A stretch of DNA of 64,000 bases from Nemertoderma westbladi. Taxonomy: Eukaryota > Animalia > Xenacoelomorpha. This document shows, in pieces, positions 1-8,700 of this stretch (positions are counted from its first letter, which is position 1; each line of letters starts with the position of its first letter). Both the position numbers and the translations under genes were made by a program. Below the pieces are notes generated by a model. It was not told where the DNA came from. It did not search any database and worked only from the letters and a program-made list of their open reading frames with translations. The stretch covers positions 1-64,000 of the forward strand of contig JAUCBJ010001302.1 in the NCBI GenBank assembly GCA_032718475.1. Direction: 5' to 3'.

Positions 1-14
1 AATGTTCCAATACA

Positions 15-2018
15 CTAACGCTTGCCGCTTGAAGTGGGATTTGAACTCCGCTCCCGGTGGCGTGTTGCCTCATACTTCTTCTGCGTCTTCAACTTAAAGT
101 CCCAATTATACAACAAGTGTGCTATAAAGCCCATACCAGTCTTGGCAGAGTTGGGATACTCCCTATAAATTCCAATATCCTGTGCCCATAGCAACAATAG
201 CTTGGTGTCGACAAACGGTCTCGGCAATCTATCTTCCAGATCAGTCATGGCGTTGAAGTCGCTCTCCAAATCGCTCTGGACTCCCGATCCCACCTTGACG
301 TAATCTTGGTTGAGAATAGCCTCTCTAACTTTCTTTGGTAACATCCTGGCGTCGATACGCTCCGCTCCGTGCATACCTCCTCGCCTGCATACCTCCAAAA
401 TCTGTTCCCTAGGATCCTTCCCTTTCCGATATTGTGTCGTTATGATGGGCTCCGGTCTCTCTCGATCCGCCCTCACACGCATAAACACATGAGTCACACC
501 ATCGGCCGCACGAATTTGAATACACTTGCTGGTCAAACATTCCTGATGGGACCCTCCTTCATTGTCGTAGAACATCACTCTCCAATCCTGCAGTGATTCC
601 TCCGTTTTCCTCCACTGACGCTGAATCTCATCTGATGGGGTCCACATGCGCTCGATCGCCTTGTGGTCATCATATCGGGTATAAGAACCCTTCCTCCTCA
701 GCCACGTCTGGTCTACCTCCTCGTCATCTGGGAATGTAGCCACCGCGACCCATACTTTGATGTACTTATCCAACCATCCGAATAACTTACTCTCCTTCCC
801 CGGAGCTCCAATCTTATCCAACGTGTCATAATCTGTGATCTGCATTGGGACATCACGCAAGAACTTCGCGCATAAAACTTCCCGTAGACAGTCAACGTTC
901 CAATGGTCCGCCATTCTTACCATCGGCAAGAATCGTATCGCTTCTCGCGACTCCGGATGATCTACTAATATCGCAGGTTCGGTGCCGTCGGAATAATACA
1001 CCGGTCCGGGTTGAGATACGACCTGTGGAACAAATCCGGTCACTCTCCTCGTCTCCTCTTGATGTCTATCCGCGGTCTTATTATACTCCGCTATCCTGTT
1101 CTCAAATAACTCCTTCGCCTTCGCCGCTCGCTCCTCCTGCCGCAACGCGTCTATGTCGTCCTGATGCTCAGGCGTGAGGCTTCTCACTCGGTGAGGTGAA
1201 GTAAACGCAGTCCAGGGACTCGAGAGCTCCAAACCCGCGGGTTTGGTACCCGAGTCCCGCGCCGCTTCGCGCCGCGCCTCTAGATCCTTGTAGGCTCGGT
1301 ACAGCGAAATGGCCGCTGCCGTCTCTATCAAACTGGGTGTCGAACAGGGTTTAATCTCCGTATACGGATCTAATGTCGTAACGGTCGGCGTAATGGGTCT
1401 CGGAGGTCGCTTTCCGCTGAAGTCGATACTGATCATCGGGTTGCTCATCGGGTAACCTCCCTCGTTGTATCTAAGGAATTGGTGAGCTGGACATCGCGTT
1501 AATATCGGTTCCGGATGTTGCTCGTCTAGTCGGTCGGGAATCGCCACGTCTTGTTTATTCATGCATTCACCACACTTGTAGAAGAGCTTGTATACGCTGA
1601 AGACTTTCGGCGTCTCCTGATCCTCGCCTCGAGTCCTCCGATACAGATGCATTCCGTCGAACTGGTCTCGGACTGCAGGTAGAGGCTCCTCATGTCGTAA
1701 ATACATATTCATATGGTATAGTCGTGCGATTTCCTCGTCCGGATCTGCGCTAATGTCGCATACGTCCAAAGCAAAGTCATAGGGATACCGCGTGCGATAC
1801 TCTCTCCGCAAGACTTCCATCCGGTCCCCCAACGCTCTCATTCTTTCTCTCCGTAATTCTTTATCATAACTTGGTTTATACTTCCCGTTCAGCTCCATCA
1901 CGGACCGCCCATGGTAGTAAACGTTAGAGTCTTTACATCCTGGTCGCGCGAATGGTAGCTCCGCCTCCTCTCTGGCAGTAAATCCTCTGCGCGGTTGCGC
2001 TCTAATATCCCTCTCCAT
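15..2018 (-). CDS. Retrotransposon accessory ORF (667 aa) with C-terminal DEDD-type (WRN/EXD/RNase D-like) 3'-5' exonuclease domain
   Basis: Long ORF co-oriented about 750 bp downstream of pol. ExoI-like VMFYDNEG followed by CIQI, LPKKVREAILNQDYVKVGSGVQSD (ExoII-like), FVDTK and TGMGFIAHLL..K. No ExoIII (Y...D) before the stop. Confidence 0.75.
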   Translation of the reverse strand: MERDIRAQPRRGFTAREEAELPFARPGCKDSNVYYHGRSVMELNGKYKPSYDKELRRERMRALGDRMEVLRREYRTRYPYDFALDVCDISADPDEEIARLYHMNMYLRHEEPLPAVRDQFDGMHLYRRTRGEDQETPKVFSVYKLFYKCGECMNKQDVAIPDRLDEQHPEPILTRCPAHQFLRYNEGGYPMSNPMISIDFSGKRPPRPITPTVTTLDPYTEIKPCSTPSLIETAAAISLYRAYKDLEARREAARDSGTKPAGLELSSPWTAFTSPHRVRSLTPEHQDDIDALRQEERAAKAKELFENRIAEYNKTADRHQEETRRVTGFVPQVVSQPGPVYYSDGTEPAILVDHPESREAIRFLPMVRMADHWNVDCLREVLCAKFLRDVPMQITDYDTLDKIGAPGKESKLFGWLDKYIKVWVAVATFPDDEEVDQTWLRRKGSYTRYDDHKAIERMWTPSDEIQRQWRKTEESLQDWRVMFYDNEGGSHQECLTSKCIQIRAADGVTHVFMRVRADRERPEPIITTQYRKGKDPREQILEVCRRGGMHGAERIDARMLPKKVREAILNQDYVKVGSGVQSDLESDFNAMTDLEDRLPRPFVDTKLLLLWAQDIGIYREYPNSAKTGMGFIAHLLYNWDFKLKTQKKYEATRHRERSSNPTSSGKR

Positions 2019-2771
2019 TATGTTACGCGTATATACATATATATATATCCCAATAAGTGCCGTTACGTAACCAACTACACTGTGGGTAAATCAGTTAGAT
2101 GTCGCCGAAAGACAGACCTCCCGAACCCCCCCGCCTTCCAGCAGTTCAGGTTCGACTCTCTAGATCCCGTCTCTTCCTAACTAACTATCCTCTAACCTAT
2201 TCCCATGCATAGCGCAAAACTTTGGAGATAAACTGGCCGTGACCAACTCACTTTTTGATGCCCAAACTACTCCCATTACTCGTACTAAACTACAGTAGTT
2301 AGAAAGGACCATAGCCACAATACTCGACTATACCAAACCCACAGGTTTGATAATCGAACATCACACATCCTGCAAACTACTGAGTGGGGTCCGTGCACGC
2401 CTCTGGTGCTACTAACCTTTAGCACCTTAGTTGCACTGTTGGCACCAATCTGTGGAAGTTGCTAAACTTAATTTACACTCCTACGTAATATAGCCGTCAC
2501 CATGGTTTCTAAATGCTATTTTCCAGGCTTCACGACTTTTCAAATTACTGTTATCTATAGACGAATTCAAAAACGCGTCTATACACAGCGTCTGGAATTG
2601 TCTTGGGTTCACTTTTCTAATTTTTAAAATTTTCTAATTCTCATACCCACCATTTTTGATAGTTTTGATACCCACCAGACAAAACTCAACGCAAATCACC
2701 ACAACCCCGCTCCTATGCATTTCCTTGTATTTGCATACGAGGAATGCATACGAAGTGAGTTGCGTCCAACA

Positions 2772-5700
2772 CTAATTCAGTTTTGAGGCAGGAGACAAAT
2801 TATAATCTCCCGTCTCGATACGTGTCTCCTCTAATAACACAATATCTTGGACCAGTCGGTCCAAGGTGTGTAAACCATTAGTTTTACACTTTTTTGGGTG
2901 CGGACACTTGCACCTAATTTTCACAGTGACTGTACGCACTATGTTTTGCACGTCTGGGTGTGTGTGCAAGATCACTCCTGTCTCCCAATACTTTCTCTTG
3001 ACAATCGGCTCGGTTATCAGTACGTAATCTCCCCTTTGGAGACTCCGAACCGTTTTGTACCACTTTGTTCTGGTGGATATGGTGGGAAGATAGTATTCCC
3101 GCCAATATTCCCAGAATGTATACGCCACAAATTGAGTCACTTTCCAGCTCTTACGACTATATAGGTCGGCACTAACGGGTTCTGATGCCGGCACAAGAAA
3201 TGCTGGACTCTGCATTAGCAAATGATTCGGCGTTAATGCAACACCGTCTGGCAACATAGCTATCGGCCTCGAGTTTAGGGTATGCTCGATTTCAATGAAA
3301 GCTGTGACCAGTTCGTCGTCGGTAAGTTGTTTGTTTACAGGCAACGTCTTAGCAATGGCCTGCTTCACAGAGCGAACTAAACGCTCCCAACTTCCTCCTC
3401 TCCAAGGACTTTCTGGAGTATTAAATCTCCACTCTACTCTTTGCGGCAAAAGTGCTGCAGAAATTTCCTTATTCTGTGCCGCTTTATGAGCCGCGTTCAA
3501 CTCGCTATTCCCTCCGACAAAGTTTGTACCCTTGTCAGAGTAGAACGCCTTTACTAGTCCTCTCCTGGCCATAAATCTCTTTAAGGCCAGGAGCAGAGAT
3601 TTGGTCGACATGTCTGCCACACGCTCGATGTGTATGGCTCTACTAGCCATGCATGTCAGTAGCAGACCCCATCGCTTGTGGGTCAGCCGTCCACTCTTTG
3701 CTTCAATCGGACCAAAACAGTCCACCCCTGTATTCGTAAAGGGTGGGTCATATGCCTGCACTCTCGCTTCCGGGAGTTCAGCCATCTCCTGTTCCAATAC
3801 TCTGGCGTTCACCCTCTTGCAAACCAGACAGGCGTCATACATGGTGCCTACTGCCCTGCTTGGCTGCAATAGAATGAATCGCTGTCTCGCTGCCGACAGA
3901 CAGTGTAACTTTCCCGCGTGATGCAACCTCTTGTGTATATCCCATAGAATCGCTCTTTGCAATTCTATTGGGTGACTAGGGATTATCACTGGGAACCGAA
4001 ACTGTGAGTTTATGTCGACAGTCTGGATTCTCGATCTATGACAAATTAAACCCTTATGGATTAATGGACTCCATTTTCTAAGGGGTTTATAGAGAACTGG
4101 TCGATGAGCCGATAATAGATGGAATTCTTTCGGGAAGGCACACATTTGATAATGTTTCAAATGCTTTAATTCCGCTTGATCAATCTCATCCTCTGTCAGA
4201 GGTTGTTTCAATTTCCGAATTCGCTCACTATTGGCGCTCAATGGTTCTCTCAAATGTTTCGAATGTTTTAAACAAAGGTACAAAATGTATCGGCTTAACC
4301 ACGCAGTTCTTTTACAAATTGTCAGCCAAGAGGCAGACGAATTTAGTAATTTGTCATAAACACTGCATGACTCTAATGCCAGCGACGGTTGTCCGCTAAC
4401 CAATGGAAGTTTCGAATCCAAACCCGCAGGTTTGGAAACCAAAGGATCCATTTTGTCGGTCATTTTCTGTCCGTCACTTACCAACTGTGACTGTCGTCCA
4501 GTCTGTAAGGGTGGTTTGATGTCATAACTTACCCTTCCGGACCTAGTAGTCACGTAAGTCTGTTGGTCTGACAGGTCTCCGGGCCGCTCCAATAACTCTT
4601 CAGGCCGCTCCAATGACTCTTCAGGCCGCTCCAATGACTTAAGTTTGGCTTTAGACTTCGACTTAGAGACTTTCTCCACTTTGACTTCTGCATCTTCAGG
4701 CATCGGATTGGTCACTATCTTTAGTCGCTCTGGCCAATGTTCCTGTGTCCTCGTTAGAAAATCAGGTCCATGCAACCAAAACTCCTGCGACTCTTCCTGA
4801 CAGAATTCCGCCGGCATTGCACCTCTCGAAGTTATGTCGGCCGGGTTCAACACTCCCGGACAATGTCTCCATTGTTCCTTCGTCGAAAAATCAACGATCT
4901 GAGCGCGTCTATTGGCCACAAATGTCTTTAGTGCAATATTGTCGGCCGCAATGTATACTAACACTAAGGATGCGTCCGTCCAATAGAATAAGGTCAATGT
5001 CGTGTCTAACTCCTCAATTATTTGCTTACTTACCTCGACTGAAACTACAGCCGCCTGTAACTCTGCACGAGGGACAGTCATGTATTTGACCGGCATTGTC
5101 TTTGATCTAGAAGTCACAAAGGCCGTCTCAAACTTGTCCTGACTTACCTCTCGGCGAAGGTAGGCTACCATACCAAAGCCGGTATCACTTGCGTCACTAA
5201 ATAAATGCAGTTCTAAATCAGCTGGAAATACCAGCTGATTCGGAAAGTAGGAACGGGGTACATCTATATTTTTCAATAGATGCAACTCGGCTTCCCACTC
5301 CCTCCACTGCTTTGCATGTATAGGAGATATTGGTTCGTCCCACTCTACGTCGGACAACCAAATTTTCCTCATGCACGCTCGTGCCTGTAATATTACCGGA
5401 CTGATAAAGTTCATCGGGTCAAATAGTCTACTCAATGTCGATAAGCAAATTCTCTTTGTCAAAACTTTGTCTGGGCTACTGGGCTCAAATCTAACTCTTA
5501 CCTGGAACTTGTCTGAGTTCGGATTCCAAGCGAGTCCCAGTACTCGCGCCATGGGGATTGGTTCTACCCCCAATTCTATGTCTCCGCTCCCGCGATCTTT
5601 CACCGAGAACGACTCTAATAAGGCCTCCGAGTTTGTAGTGAACTTGGTCAGAGGAAAACCCCCTGTAGCCAAGCACTCTTGCAGGCCGTGAGCCACTTCT

Positions 5701-8700
5701 ATGGCTTGTTCCGCCGTGTCCTTGGACACCAATCCGTCGTCCATGTAGAAGTTTCTCAAGACGGACTCGATAACCTCTACTGGGTACTTACCAATCTGGG
5801 CTGTTGCCGTTTTCTTTAGAACGAACAGCGTGCCATTCGGACTATCGCGGGCGCCAAATATCCTAACGTACATTTGGTATGTAACCACTGGGCCGGATAA
5901 GTCTTCATTCTCGTACCAGAGAAAGCGAAGGCTATCCTGATCTGCCTTACAGGCTCTTACCTGGTGGAACATCGCCTCGATGTCACAAGTAAATGCGAAT
6001 CGCCGCTGTCTAAAACGCAACAGTATTCCAATCAAATAGTTATTCAGGTTGGGACCATCCATCAACTCTGAATTCAGGGACATACCTCTATAGACTGCTG
6101 CGCAGTCGTTGACTACTCGGACTTTGTCTGGCTTGTCAGGGTGAGTCACATAGTGGTGTGGAAGGTAATAAGTCTGGTCTGTCACAAAGTCAGGGTCCTC
6201 TACCTTCCCAGCAAATCCCTTGGCGAAATAGTTGTTGATCTGGGCGCAATACTTCTCCCTAATGCCTGGATTCTTCAACAACCGAGCCCTTACTCCGTTT
6301 AATCTTTTCAAGGCTAAGTTGTAGTTGTTTTCCAACTTAGGTGGTTGTCGACGCCACAACATTCCAACTTCAAAATGTCCAGTCGGTAGTAGACGTATGG
6401 TGTCTTCCATCATCTCCAGTGACCGTTTCTCGTCAGTGGACATGGCTAGGTCATATCCACCGGGTTCCATTGCGTCCCTATCCAGCCATTCTACGGTTCT
6501 GGCTCCTGTCTCGAGGTCCTGGCGTATCAATTCCTTCTGTAATTCCTCCTCACTGTATTGGAAAATGTCTAGGTCTCGATATTTAGCCACTTGACCCTCC
6601 ACTATGTCTGTATAAGTCAAAACGTTAGTCAAATAGGTAGCGTGGGCCGCTGAACCAGACCCACGGGTCTGATAACAGTAGTCCTCGGGTTCACTATCTG
6701 TCCGGTCGTTGTGAAGCGGTTCCGACAACCTAACATTATCGGGAATCAACTCCTCGTCCGACTCGCTAAAGTCACTATAGTGGTCAATGCAGGTTCTCCT
6801 AAACTCGTCTATGTCTGGTGGTTCTACTAACGGTGGTTGGGTTATAGGCTGTAATTCGTCGTATCTATCCATTGGCTTGTCGCCACCTGTAAACTCATAA
6901 GACATGGGTACTCGTGTATACCAACCTAGTATGGTCCTATGGGCATGTGGTCCATTGACATGCGGCTCAGCTGGTCTCGTTTCCCATATCTGGTGTGCGA
7001 TCAGCTGTTCTGCACCAATTAACATAGAAACATTCCTATAACCTACCTGGTGTCTGGGTATCCTGAGCTTGTCAAAATACTCCTGTGCTATGGGACTCAT
7101 CGGCGGCACCTTACCTAACTGCCTGCCGAATCCCTTCATAGCTAGACACTTAAATCCGTCCAATGGCAAAGCTTTCCGTTCTTGTCGAGTGTGTTGGTCT
7201 CTCGGAAGTAGGGAATCTAGTTCTACCGAAATTCTGTGTCCCTTGAGGTCTCCTACCCCGTGCATAGACTTCAACTCTATTTGGATCTCCTCGGCGTCCT
7301 GGAAGCTAGAAACGGCTCTCGCCACTTCCTCGTCGATATAAGATAATGTGGACGCAGTGTCCAACATCACATATATTCGCTTCGATCCCTTATCGCCAGT
7401 GAGTTTCACCGGAATCACGCTAAATATTTCCGACGTGGCCGATGATAAATACGTCCGCGCGCTGGTCGATGAACTATCCGCGGTGAAACCTTGGCAGGTC
7501 ACTTCTCTCGCGCTCGACTCGCCATCCTCGTCCGACGAACCTGGTTGATAACCATCGTCCTGAATGCCAGTGTACGTATTCTTTCTTATCGATATGGGTT
7601 CTTTGCTCCCCTTCCTTTGAGGATTTCGCTGTAAGTAACGGTCCGTTGGGGTATGGAAATCCGCATGTAGCAACTTGTGATGTAGTCTGCCGCATTCCAT
7701 GCATCCGTCCTTGCTGTTCGGGCACTGCCGCCGTACATGACCTGGCGCAAGACATGCCCAACAGGTGTCCAACGTCCGCACTTGAACTCTTCTCTGTTCC
7801 GAATTTAATTCTTTGAACCGTCTGCAACTATCTAACTTATGGTCGTCAGATCTTACCTCCTTTAGTAAACAGTATTGGCAACCTACAAATCCATCCGGCA
7901 ACTCCTGTTGCTTTAACCTAGGTCTATCTAACCGCTCACCTGACCATACTCGCGAGTCTGATCTAAAGGCTGGGGTACTCGAATTATATCTGTCTACTGA
8001 GTTAAATGTCACAGTGGTCCTGTCATCGTCAAAACTTACCATAGACTTACCGGTAACAGGTTTAGACTCCCTCATATTCTCTTCTGAGAAGTTTGATTTC
8101 ATCTCTGCTACTGCGTCTGTGGCTATCATGTCATGAATGTGCTGAAGTGTCAATACTTTACCTTGGCCCTCCAACTTATTCTCTAATTTGCGCCATTTCT
8201 GTCGGTAACGCATGTTTAGACGTCTTATTACGCTTTTCAAAACTTCGGCGTGATCACCATGATGAGGTAGATTCACCGTCCTCAAGATGTCCAATGCGTT
8301 CGAAATAGCGTTCGCTAAGTTCAACAGCTCTAACGGAGTTGTAATCCTTCCGCCCTTACCCAAGTCTTCTACTATCGACTGCGCCATCTTGGTTTTATTC
8401 CCGTAGATGTCACTAAGCGTCTTCATCGCTAACTCGAATGCCCTTTCATTGCCGACGAAGTTATCAGCAATGGCTCTAGGTTCTCGATGGAGCATCTGAA
8501 GCAAATAGTTGAACTTCTCGTTGGGAGTAAAGGTGCTGTTGGTTAGCTGCTCGTCGACATAGGTTTTGAAGGTCCTCCAATGTTTGTGGTTGCCCATAAA
8601 CTTCTGGGGTTGTTGCGTCGGCAGTCCTTGCCTAGCAGCAAACTTACCTATGTCCCTAAGGGTTGCGTCGTTCCGGGTTAACAAATGGTTTAGTTCCGCA

